A stretch of 64,000 bases of DNA from Octopus bimaculoides (taxonomy: Eukaryota). The notes under the pieces are model-generated. The model searched no databases and had not been told where the DNA came from. It was given only the letters and a program-made list of their open reading frames with translations. The stretch is taken from positions 153,006,059-153,070,058 of the forward strand of contig NC_068981.1 of the NCBI RefSeq assembly GCF_001194135.2, in the 5' to 3' direction. Below, piece by piece: positions 24,461 through 36,396 of this stretch. A program made the translations under genes and the position numbers. Within the stretch, counting starts at the first letter, position 1, and every line of letters begins with the position of its first letter.

Positions 24461-25302
24461 TCAGTTATGACTAAACTGAGGTGTATCAACAACAGTGGCT
24501 TATTTGGCAAACATTTCTTCTTTAGATAGGATTGTATACACAGAACTAGGAAAAAGTAAGCCAGTTTGACCTACCTAAATTCTAACAGTAATAAATTTCT
24601 CCCCATTCACTAAAGAAGTTTTGAAACTCAGTAAAAAAAGGACATATCTTACATACAACATTTGTCTAGAATGACATCAGTGAAACAGTATTCTTTCCAA
24701 TGCTCTTTGAGAACTTTATTTATTACTTGTTCCATTTAAACGTACCTGATATCAAGAGAATGTTTCTAATCTATGACTGGTTAACCTAGGAGCACACAGT
24801 ACTGCAAACCACTTTCCTGCTTAATGCCATTTGGAAGATTTACTCTTTGTGTCATTATAGGAAAGAAAATTTGTCAGTGTTTCCACGTAAATAAAATAGT
24901 TAAGCAACAGTAGTATCAACTTTATTTTAGTTTAGTTCTTGTATTAAGAAATGTCCATCTTAAAATATTTATCCTAACAGCTGGTGGAGTTGAATGTATT
25001 TAAGCCTTTCACTCAAGTCATAAAAGAGAAATAGTATTGTTATATTTTGGTTATTTCTGTTATTGTTTAGTCCCTGGTCAATCCTGTTCAATCAGATCTT
25101 TAATCAAAGGTATTACAGTTGTGAACATCTGCATTTTTTTACTCATTTTGTTTTTCTTCAGATATAGTAAATCTAGGATTACAGTCTCCAATGTTCATTT
25201 TCTTTTAAGATGGTTGAGCATAATTTGAGGAAGATTTGGCTGCTATTTCCACTAGGTTGAATATCCATATAGAAGGTTCTTTGTTGATTTTATTGCTTAT
25301 AT

Positions 25303-26121
25303 CAGTGGTTCCCAACTTTTTCACTACCAAGGACTCCTTTTATTTAAATGAGTTTTCCCACAGATCCCTTTTAATATGCTTATCCTTATATATATATATA
25401 TAAAGAAGTGCATTAGTTTGACGCTCGGGAAGGTGAGAAAGTCTTTTATGTTTCGAGCCTATGCTCTTCAACAGAAAAGAACACGAGGAAATAAACGGAG
25501 AGAGAATAATTGACCGCTTACTCCAAAAGCTTTTTTATTCTCTCTCTGTTTATTTCCTCGTGTTCCTCTCTGTTGAAGAGCATAGGCTTGAAACAAAAGA
25601 CTTTCTCACCTTCCCAAGCGTCAAACTAATATACCTGCTTTTATATATATATATATATAGGTGCAGAAGTGGTTGTGTGCTAAGTAGCTTGCTTACCAAC
25701 CACATGGGTCTGGGTTGAATCCCACTGCATGGTACCTTGAGCAAGTGTCTTCTACTCTAGCCTCAGGCTGATCAAAGCCTTGTGAGTGGATTTGGTAGAC
25801 AGAAACTGAAAGAAGCTCATCATATGTGTGTGTGTGTGTTTGTCCCACCACCATCGCTTGACAACCGATGTTGGTGTGTTTACGTCCCTGGGAAACTTAA
25901 CAGTTCGGTAAAAGAGACCGATGGAATAAGTACTAGGCTTACAAAGAATAAGTCCTGGGGTCGATTTGTTTGACTAAAGGTGGTGCTCCAGCATGGCTGC
26001 AGTCAAATGACAAACAAATAAAAGAATAAAAGAATGTGAAATTTTGAATTTAGTTCACAGACCCCCAGTACTACCTTTGCAGACCACCAGAGGTCTGCAA
26101 ATCATAGGTTGGGAACCACTG
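25303..26121. mobile_element. hAT MITE carrying nested insertions
   Basis: TIRs CAGTGGTTCCCAAC / GTTGGGAACCACTG and 8-bp TSD GCTTATAT vs GCTTTTAT. A related short copy lies at ~47105-47253. Confidence 0.8.
25412..25630. repeat. Long inverted repeat with ~97-bp arms, resembling Penelope-like element ends
   Basis: 25412-25509 is a near-perfect reverse complement of 25535-25630. It contains CTGTTGAAGAGCATAGGCTTGAAAC, similar to the CTGAAGA...CGAAAC signature of Penelope pseudo-LTR ends. Confidence 0.8.
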
Positions 26122-26719
26122 GCTTTTATGGTAATTTATACAATCCCACTTTAGTTACTATCACTTGAATATGACATAATGAACTGCACTCATTGCCATC
26201 AAAATTGGCAGAATGGCATCAAGATGATCTTCACTGGTCTTTCTGACAAATGCAATACCTAAGAATCTGAGAGACTAGCACTCCACCTCCAATAAAATGC
26301 ATTGTATATTGTTCCTATATGAATAACAGCCTATGCCCAATCACTAATGTTTTCAGTCTAATAAGGAAGCCTCTATGTAGTCATCTGACATGCTAGAAAT
26401 AGTAGTAAAAGCTCCTGCAAGTTACATCCTACTATCTTGACTCCCAGTGCCAAAAAAACACAAACTGGAAGACAATGAACCAATGAAAGTGTCTGCAGAC
26501 CTACTGGAAATAACAGCCAATCTTTCCTTAAACCATATTCTAATGTCTTGAAGACAGAAAGGACATATCAGCTAATATAATCTTAGATACCTCTGAAAAG
26601 ATGGGATGGCAAGGCAGGGGTGTCTTTGATCATGGTTCTTCTCAGTCAACTCTGAGCACCTATTTCCTTTCATAAATCATCAATCATTTCCATCATTTAC
26701 TCCCTACCACCACCATCAT

Positions 26720-27250
26720 CATCATCATCATCATTTATCATCTGCTTTCCATGCTGGCATGAGTTGGATGGTTTGACATGCAACTGGCTAGCAGGGAGCT
26801 ATCCAGACTCCAACTGTCTGTTGTGGCATGGTTTCTACAGCTGGATGCCCTTTCTAATGCCAAACAGAGTGTGCTGGGTGCTTCTCACGTGTCATGGGCA
26901 TGGGTGTGTTTATGCAGCACCTGTATGGGTGCATTTATGCAGCACCAGCACAGGTGTATTTACGCAGCACTAGCATAGCATGGGTGCTTTTTAAATGGTA
27001 CCAGCACCTGAAGGACAAGCCTGTATGTGTGGAAGACAGCAATATCACTTAGCTTGATGCATCTTATCAAGTACAGCAAATCCCCACATCTCCTGGTCCC
27101 TTGTCATTTCTTCATTGAGGCTCAGTGTCCGAAGACCCTTTCTCACCACTTCATCCCATGTCTTCCTGGGTCTACCCCTTCCACAGGTACCATCCACAAA
27201 GCTCAACACTTCTTTATGCAGCTGTCCTCATCCATACGCATCATAATTGT
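26720..27250 (-). mobile_element. RTE LINE 3' end with (ATG)n tail
   Basis: Minus-strand translation MRMDEDSCIKKC..GTCGRGRPRKTWDEVV followed by the 3'UTR. The same tail occurs at ~16740-16860, 30580-30760, 32350-32530 and 35740-35950. Confidence 0.8.
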
Positions 27251-27454
27251 TTTTCTAAACATTTCCTTAATAAATCCTGTTCTAGAGGTACCACCCTCAT
27301 TTTTACAATGTCAAAGTCTATATGTCACTTACTGATTTGATTATATAATACTAAGCTACATATTGGTATTACCATTTTCCTTTAGAATTCATTGTCTCCT
27401 TAGCTTCTTTCCCAGTGCCTAGTTTATTAATGTTTTCTCAATCCTACATATCTA

Positions 27455-27675
27455 CAGTAATCCCTCGACTATTGTGGGTGCTGTGTTCCACCCCCACCCC
27501 TGCAATAAGTGAAAATCCTCAAAGTAGAAACAGTACTGTACTGAATATTTTTTAAAATTATTTTTATAATTTATATTTATTTTATCATAAATGCAAAACA
27601 ACACCATGGAGGAATGGACGTAAGCTTAAATAATAAACTGCGATAGGTGAACTGCAATATGGCAAGGGATTACTG
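27455..27675. mobile_element. pogo/Tigger-like (Tc1/mariner superfamily) MITE
   Basis: TA TSDs at 27453-54 and 27676-77; TIRs CAGTAATCCCT / AGGGATTACTG. Confidence 0.8.
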
Positions 27676-28559
27676 TAATGAAATATACTGTCTATCTGTT
27701 TGAATTAATTTTGAAAATAATCAAGAATTTTCAAGGATTTAATAAAATAATTTTATCATTATTAAAGGTATTGTTTGTAATATAAACTTTAAAAATTTCT
27801 CATCTAAATTTATGACTGAAAGTTTTAATTTATATATGAACACCTTAGATGTTTTCTATCATTGAATCAGGAATGTTGGTGGTTTTGGAGAGATTGGTAT
27901 AAAAAATGAAGCAATATTCACTGCCATTTTTTTTAGGCACTGAAGGAAACAAATCAATAGCTGTGAGCTTAGTTCGTCATTTTGGGAACTACAGTAGAGT
28001 TAGCTGTACTCATTAAGGATGTACTTTCATCATCATTATCATAATCATCATCTTCTTCTTCATCCCTACTAATCTTTATTCCTCATTCGTTTACTAAATA
28101 TCATTTANNNNNNNNNNTATATATATATGTATATATATATATTGCTTAGTGTTCCTCTTTTTGTTTTCTTTTCCATTCTTTATTTTCTTCTACTATTTTT
28201 TTTTTTTTTGTTTCTCGCAATTCCTTTGTGACTTCTCTTGCTTGTTTTTTATGACTTTCCAAGCATATTTTTTTTTGTTTTTTGCCTCTCTTTATTTTCC
28301 TGAATCGAATATTTTCTCCAACTAACATCATTCAACTGTTACAGTATTTTACCAGTGAACATGAACACTCAATAAATTAGTATCATAGTCCTTACAGATC
28401 TCTCCTACTTATGTGTACTTCTTTCTGATTGTCTATATCACACTCTTTTGCTCTCCCACCATCCTTGATCGCCTTCTTTTCTTCTCTTACCTTTCCCTCC
28501 TCTCTCTGTCTCTCCCTCTCTATGTCTCCTATTTTCCTATCCCCAGAAATCATCTATAT

Positions 28560-29665
28560 ATTATCATCATCATTTAATGTCTGCTGTTCATGCTGGCATG
28601 GGTTGGATGATTTGACCAGGCTGGTATGCTGGAAGGCTGCACCACACTCCAGTCTGATTTGGCATGGTTTTCTATGGCTGGATGCCCTTCCTAATGCCAA
28701 CCACTCCAAGCGTGTAATGGGTGCTGAGAGTGTAATGGGTACTAACCTTAACCCACTGGCATGGGTGCCATTTGTGTGACACTGCCATGACTGCAATTTT
28801 GCTCAGCTTGGTGGGTCATCTTCTCAAGCACGACATAATGCCAAAGGTCTCGGTCATTGGCTCTGTGAGGCCCAACACTCGAAAAGCACTCAGCCACTTT
28901 GCCTCCATGAGGCCCAACGCTTAAAAGGTGTTCTTAATGTGCCACCAGCATGGGTGCCAGTTACTATGACTATGATTTCATTTGGTTTGACAGGTCCTCA
29001 AAAGCACAGCACATCGCCAAAAGTCTCGGTCACCAGTCATTACCTCTCTGAGGCTCAAAGTTCGAAGATCATGCTTCACCACCTCGTCCCATGTCTTCCT
29101 GGATCTACCTCTGCCACAGGTTCCCTCCACAGTTAGAGATTGGCACTTCTTTATACAGCTGTCCTACTCCATATGCATCACATGACCATACCAGTGCAGT
29201 TGTCTTTCTTGCACACTACATTTGATGCCTCTTATGCTTGACTTTTCTCTCAAGATGCTTACACTCTGTCGAACATGCACACTGACATTGCACATACAGT
29301 GAAACATACTGGCTTCATTTCTTTAAAGCCTACACATATCCTTGGGTGTCACAGCCCATGTTTCACTGCCATGCAGCATAACTGTTTGCACACAGGCATC
29401 AATCAATCTGCCTTTCACTCTGAGAGAGAGGCCCTTTGTTGCCAACAGGGTTAGGAGCCCTCTGAACTTTGCCCAACCTAATTTTATTCTCACAACTACA
29501 CTCTCAGAGCATCCACTTCCACTACTAACTTGGTTACCTAAATAACGGAAGCTATCTACTACCCCTAGCTTGCCCCACTGGCAGTTGAAGGAGTCTATTT
29601 TCTGCACATCATCAGTGTTTATTGTATGTGTGCATCTTCCACATACAAAAGCTAGTTTCCCTGTT
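28560..29665 (-). mobile_element. 5'-truncated RTE-clade LINE (reverse-transcriptase C-terminal region, decayed)
   Basis: ORF track 29323-29784 contains VDSFRYLGNQVSSGSGCSESVVVRIKLGWAKFRGLLTLLATKGLSLRVKGRLIDACVQTVMLHGSETW, the typical RTE post-RT region. It continues into the 3'UTR and (ATG)n tail. Confidence 0.9.
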
Positions 29666-29675
29666 AACCTTCTTG

Positions 29676-30001
<326 letters not shown>

Positions 30002-31359
30002 GTATATTGCACCAAATTATCAGCATGTCAGATAGAACGCTTTGCATTATGTATTGCAACTCTGTATTTCAAGTTCAAATTCCATTTAGGTCAACTTTGT
30101 CCTTCACCCTTGTGACATCAATAAAGCACAAGTCGAGTTGTGGAGTAGATTCTTTTCTCTCTTTCCTTTTTCTCTAAATCTTAATCTGTAATTCAAAGAT
30201 ATGGTCATGTCGTCACACTATACCATTCTAATTCAACCTATTACTTGTGTTAAGGATATACATGTCCATGGGATACTTGATGTGTTGACAGAACTAATGA
30301 AATCTGATCTCTGGCTGCTGAAGCTTACAGCGCAAATGACAAGTGACTGTGAGTGGATGTTATACTTGTAGAAGACCTGTCTAACTTGTGCAAGAATAGA
30401 ATAACAAGCATAGAAATGATAGTGATTTCACAATGATAATATCCCTTATTTGTTCTTTGATGTAACATTAAGTAAATATTTCATTTTAGTTATAATTCTT
30501 TAAAAAGAATATTAGCTTTTATTGGTTTCTTTGAAAAAGAATGTAATAAATACTTCCCATAACCTTACTGACAACGTTGGTTGTTGGACAAAGTTGTCAC
30601 ATAAAAATGCCTGTGCAGCACCATGTAAAAAGTGCCCGTGTGACATCACATAAAAAGTGCCTTTGTGGTGCCACATGAAAGCACCCAGCGCTCTCTCTAA
30701 ATTGGTTGGCGTTAGGAAGGGCATCCAGCTGTAGAAACCAGCAGGGTTGAAATATCTGTGTGGATAAGGTATCAAAATAACTGCTGATAAATTGGGAATT
30801 CAAATTTGATATAAATGTTTCATTGTTGTAGAGAAAAACATTTTATTCTACATCACCGCAGATGATTGAGCTGTCACCAAATCATCTGTGATCAACCAAT
30901 GCCTGAGTAAGAGGAACATTTATCAGATATCCACTTAATACTATGAAACTGGAGATAAATACTGGCTTTTAGTCCTTTGGAGCTTAAAATGTATTTATAT
31001 TACATTACTTCTAGATATAGATGAGACTTATTTCCTGATGCCTCTATATGGTAACGTGACCTGCTAAAAATAGCAGAGATATCTTTTTCTTATCACATCC
31101 TTTCACTCTGAAAAAGAAAAAGACACATTTGGTATTTAGTCCTGGTTTTTCCTAAAAACTAAATGTTGAGATGGTCATATTATTCCAGTTGTCAGTATCC
31201 CTTCTTTTATTCAAACATAAGATGTTAATAAGAGTTAAAAAGATGCTTTTGAGAGACACTTAGCTGCTTTATCTAGCTGTTTGAGAGAAATTCCTGTTAA
31301 AACTCTTCTGTTGATGTGACAAGAATATTGGTTTCACCGACTGGAAAATAACAATTTAA

Positions 31360-31575
31360 TCCTTTAGTATTTAAACTGCCATATCCAACCTAAATATTCT
31401 ACCTGTTTTATGTTCAAACTGGCCAAATCCAGCCTCTCATACCTACCCTACAAAGTCATTCTAAAAATAAACAATTACATTTAAATCTTGAAGCTACGAA
31501 ATAATACAGGATTAATTCAAAACAATATGGATAAATAAGCATAACATTTGACAGAGTAATCTGAATGCTGAAGGG
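31360..31575. mobile_element. piggyBac-type MITE family 2
   Basis: TTAA at 31356-59 and 31576-79; reverse orientation relative to the 46340-46565 copy. Confidence 0.75.
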
Positions 31576-34418
31576 TTAAATTGATTATCATTTGAGGTAG
31601 CTTCTACATAGTAAGTTGTGCTGCTAAAAATAGCAGTGATATCTCCCTCATCTTGAAAAAAGAACGGACATGTTAAATAATGTAGTCTTAAATCCACTTA
31701 AAAGAAGAATTAGTTGGTCTTGGCATTCCATTTGTAAATGCTTTGACCAACCCATCAATTTAAATTTGTGAGCATGTTTTATTTCCCAATTTAAATTGGT
31801 TGGAAAAAGAAAAGAAAAAAAGAACAAACTGGATACTAAATAATCATTAAAGGGTCTCTGTTACTTTCAACACCCTCTCATCCTCTCTGGTCTTCCACCC
31901 ACAACTTCCACACCTCTTCACCCACATCTATTTTCTCCCTTTCATGTTATGCCTCTCTCCACACCATCCACCCTTATAATGTGGGATAGTGCTGGGCCCC
32001 TCCACCTCTACACAATCTACCTCATCATCCTTACTATTCTATCCCTTCTTTTCTCACTAACCTCTGACACTAATCCCTTCCTAATCCCTTCCCTATCCCC
32101 ATTCATTCTATAGTTCCTCCCCCAGTAGTGGCTGCTCTATTACCTTCTCTACTACCTCTCACAATTATAAATCTACTCCTTTCATACTTCACCTTCTTTT
32201 CATTATGTTGTCTAAAATCCTCACACACACACACACACACACACACATGCTCTCTCTCTCTCTCTCTCTCTCCTATTTTTTTTTCAATGATAGAAGCCCC
32301 TTTAGGCCCTTTATTTTTGCAAGTTGCAAGGTGACCTTACTAATGGTGATGCCACTAAAAAAGTTTCAGTACATTTTGTAAAGTGGTTGGTGTTAGGAAG
32401 GGCATCCATTCAAAGTAATTATGCCAAAACAGACATTGGAGCACAATGCAGTTCTTTGACTCATTGGATCCTGTTAAGCTGTCTAACTCATGCTAGCATG
32501 GAGAATGGACAGTAAATGATGATAATAATGACGATGATGATGATGAGGAGGAGGAGGATGGAGGTGCTGGTGGTGGTGATCCCATTTTTTTTCTTTTTTT
32601 GCTTCCTTTCTACTCTTTTAAAGAAGTTTAAAGTATTACATCATTTTCCTTTCTCTTATAAATTTGACTCTGAATATGAGAAAAATTTCTGTTTATAAAG
32701 TTTTGCCCTTGTATTGCTTTTGGTTTGATTTCTTCTGCTTTATATATCTTACATGTTCATTAAAATCTACAACTGTAGTTAAAATTTCTATTAAATTTGC
32801 CAACTCATTATTTGTGTCTGGCATCACTACTGCTGCTTTCACATCTCCAGCTTGTTCCCATCTGCATTTTGCATGCATAATTTCCCTATTTAAGTTTTGC
32901 TTTATTGGCAGTTGCACATTTCTCCTAATGCTAATGCATGTAGCAAATTACATTAACTGTTGCCATGAGAGATGAGACTAGATGTGAAACAGCAGAGCTT
33001 ATGAAGTTAGCACAAATTGTATATGCCATCAGGTGGTCTTGAATATAATTACTGCAAGCAAACATTGCACCAACAGTGATTGTGCTAATGTTAATATCAG
33101 GGGAAAGGTGGAGGACACAAACCCTTTACTGTCTTATTTGTAATACAATTTACCAAATCTGATTTCTCTAAGTGGTTGAGGCAACATTAATTCTCATTTG
33201 GTAAATGGAGTTGAGAGAGAAAGTTTAGCTTCATAGTGTAGGTGGTTTGGTGAAGTGAGGTGGAGTGGTTGGGCTGTGAAGAAGTGAGCAGATGCTATAC
33301 TGTGTGCCAGCTCCTAAATAACATGGCTAGGTGGACAAGGAACAGGACTGATATTCAAATTGACGGAAGGTTTGTTAGAATACGAATGAGAGAGTTGGTT
33401 GGGGTGGAGGCAAAGGGTAAACCATTTTAAGACTGGCTGTATACATCCTTTTCTTGATCATGCTTGTTTTTGCTTCAACTACTGTTTGTCTTGTACACAA
33501 AGGTGCCTTTTGATTATATTCAATGTTGATTCCATTTCCATAGCAGAATGAACGAGATTAAGATACCTCACGGCTCTTGTTGGTGTTGGGAGTCCTGTAT
33601 TCTTTGAACTGTTAATGTTTCTGTTTAAAACGAGAGAGAGAGAGAGAGGGATGCAGATAAAAAGAGAGATAGAAAGATGCAGAGACAGAGGGTTGAATAT
33701 TAAAAAGGAAAGGAAATGGCATTGTACAGTGTTGTTTGTCAGAACAGCAGCCAGAGTATTCTAATTGAGTGACACCAACTTATGGACACAGCCAATTTAC
33801 TACTGATGGGCAACATCTACAGGGGAAAGACCTTTTGTCTTCAGGTCATGAACTAAAAATTTACACTATCTAAATATTTTTCATTTATTTTCTGGTATGA
33901 ATAGTCAATTCTTGTGATCACCCACCTCCACTACCTGTCTCTCCTCTTTCCTCCCTTCAGTCTCATTTCTTTCCTTTTGATTTTTTTATCTTTTTCTCCT
34001 CTCCTTTTCTCTCTTTCTCTCTCCTCTTCTACTGTTTTTACTTTCAACTCAACAGTTTCTTATTAGATTTACTCTCATTCTCTACAGTTTTCTTCCCATC
34101 TGTGACTTGTCATTTTATTTCTTATTTCCTTGTTTTTTTCTTTTTCTATTTTTTTTTTATTTTGTTCTTACCTGTATTAGTTCTCTGTAACTTTCAGTTT
34201 TGTTGCCTCTAAATATTGTTACACTCTTCAGAAACCATTATTAAAATTAGAAACATTGGACAATGCCTTGCAGTGATATACTGAATGAATTTTATATATG
34301 AATATATTTAACTTTGCCATTCAAAAATCTATAGTTTAAGCTCAAATCTAGAAGAAAAAAACCTCAGCTTAATTTCATTAATTTCATTAATTTCATTATC
34401 ATCATCATCATCATCATC

Positions 34419-34454
<36 letters not shown>

Positions 34455-36353
34455 CTTAGTTTTCCATGCTTGCATGGTTAGACTGAATTTCTTGCCATTC
34501 CTCACCTGTTTTCAAGTCAGGCAATATTTCCTCATGGTCAAACATGTTTCCCACAGGATTTTCGAAACAAATGACATTACTTAAGTGACAGTGATACTCT
34601 TTTACAACCATCAGATGATATCAAGTCAAGAATACATACACACAAAAATACATGTATGTACATACATACATACATACATACATACATTCCTACATACATA
34701 CGTGCATGCATGAGAATCTGGATAAACTGGGATTTTCAGAAAGAGAAATCGACTGGCTAATTTGTACAAGTGTAATCTGTGAGTGGAACAGTAAAAATAT
34801 GCAAGACTTTTCTCAAGTTCCAAATGTGAATCTGTCTGTGTTAACTACATCCCAAAGACGGAGCCTTGTATCTTTGTTGGAAACCAGCTCCCTCCTCAGA
34901 GGAAGATTTATAATGATTAAAAAATAGAAGAGGCATACATACATAGCTTGGCCCAGGTATATAGTAGAAGACACATTGGGGCTAACCCTTAAACTACATG
35001 GTCAGAAAGCAAACTTCTTAACCGCATTTAATTCAAAATAAAGCAAAGCTATGAGATATCTTGTATATTTCTATAAAGTTTCTCTTTAAGGAACTTACTA
35101 TTGGAAACCCAATAATCAAACATTGGTGAATTTAAAAAAATTTACTCCAAATTTTTCCCAACAAGTGATTTCATTTTCCCTTGTATTGTGAAAAAACAAT
35201 TTTCTTACTATTTACCTGGTTTTTTAGAGATAAAAAATCTTCATTATCATTATCAGCATTTTACATTCACTTTTCACTATTGACACAATATGTAAGGATG
35301 CAATGTACCCATTCTAAAGCAGGAATACACGAGGTAGACATGAAAAGAAAAAAAATCATTTGCTAATATTTCTATCTAAAGGAAGGTGGCAAGCTGCCAG
35401 AATCATTAGCACAGCAGGAGAAATGCTTAGTGGCATTTTGTCAGTCTTTACGTTTTAAGTTCAAACTCCACCATGGTCAACTTTGTCTTTCAATCTTTTG
35501 GGGTCAATAAAATAAGTACCGATTGAATACTGGGGTCAATGTATTTGACTCCCCCTCACCCGAAATTGCTGGCCTTGTGCCAAAATTGGATATCAGTACC
35601 CCAGCATTGACACATTATACTTTCAAGTGTGATTCCTAATATCTTTTATCAAATCCACTCACAAAGCTTTGGTTAGCCTGGACCCAAGATCAGGAGCTGA
35701 GAAGCAAACTTCTTACTACACAGCCATGCCTCCACCTGCCAGTACCGCCTGACTGGCCTTTGTGTGGGTGACACGTAAAAGCCCCCACTACACTCTCAGA
35801 GTGGTTGGCGTTAGGAAGGGCATCCAGCTGTAGAAACTCTGCCAAATCAGATTGGAGCCTGGTGTTGCCATCTGGTTTCACCACTCCTCAGTCAAATCGT
35901 CCAACCCATGCTAGCATGGAAAGCGGACGTTAAACGATGATGATGATGATGTTAATGTAAAGTTCAAAACAAGAAAGGATGTGATGAAATGGTCAGAACA
36001 TCAGAACATATAGTTAAATTTAACAATATACAGTAATGCCTTGATAAATGAGTCAATTCGTTTCTGGGAAAACACTTGTAAAAAAAAAACAAACATTGAA
36101 TGATGATGATGACAGACAAAGCTACACACATACTTATATATATTCTTTTATTCTTTTACTTATTTCAGTCATTTGACCATGCTGGAGCACCCCCCTTTAG
36201 TCGAACAGATCGACGCAAGGACTTGTTCTTTGTAAACCTAGTAATTAAACAATCGGTCTCTTTCACCGAATCGCTAAGCTATGGGGACATAAACACACCA
36301 GCATTGGTTGTCAAACGATGGTGGGGGATGGACAAACACAGACACACACACAC

Positions 36354-36396
<43 letters not shown>

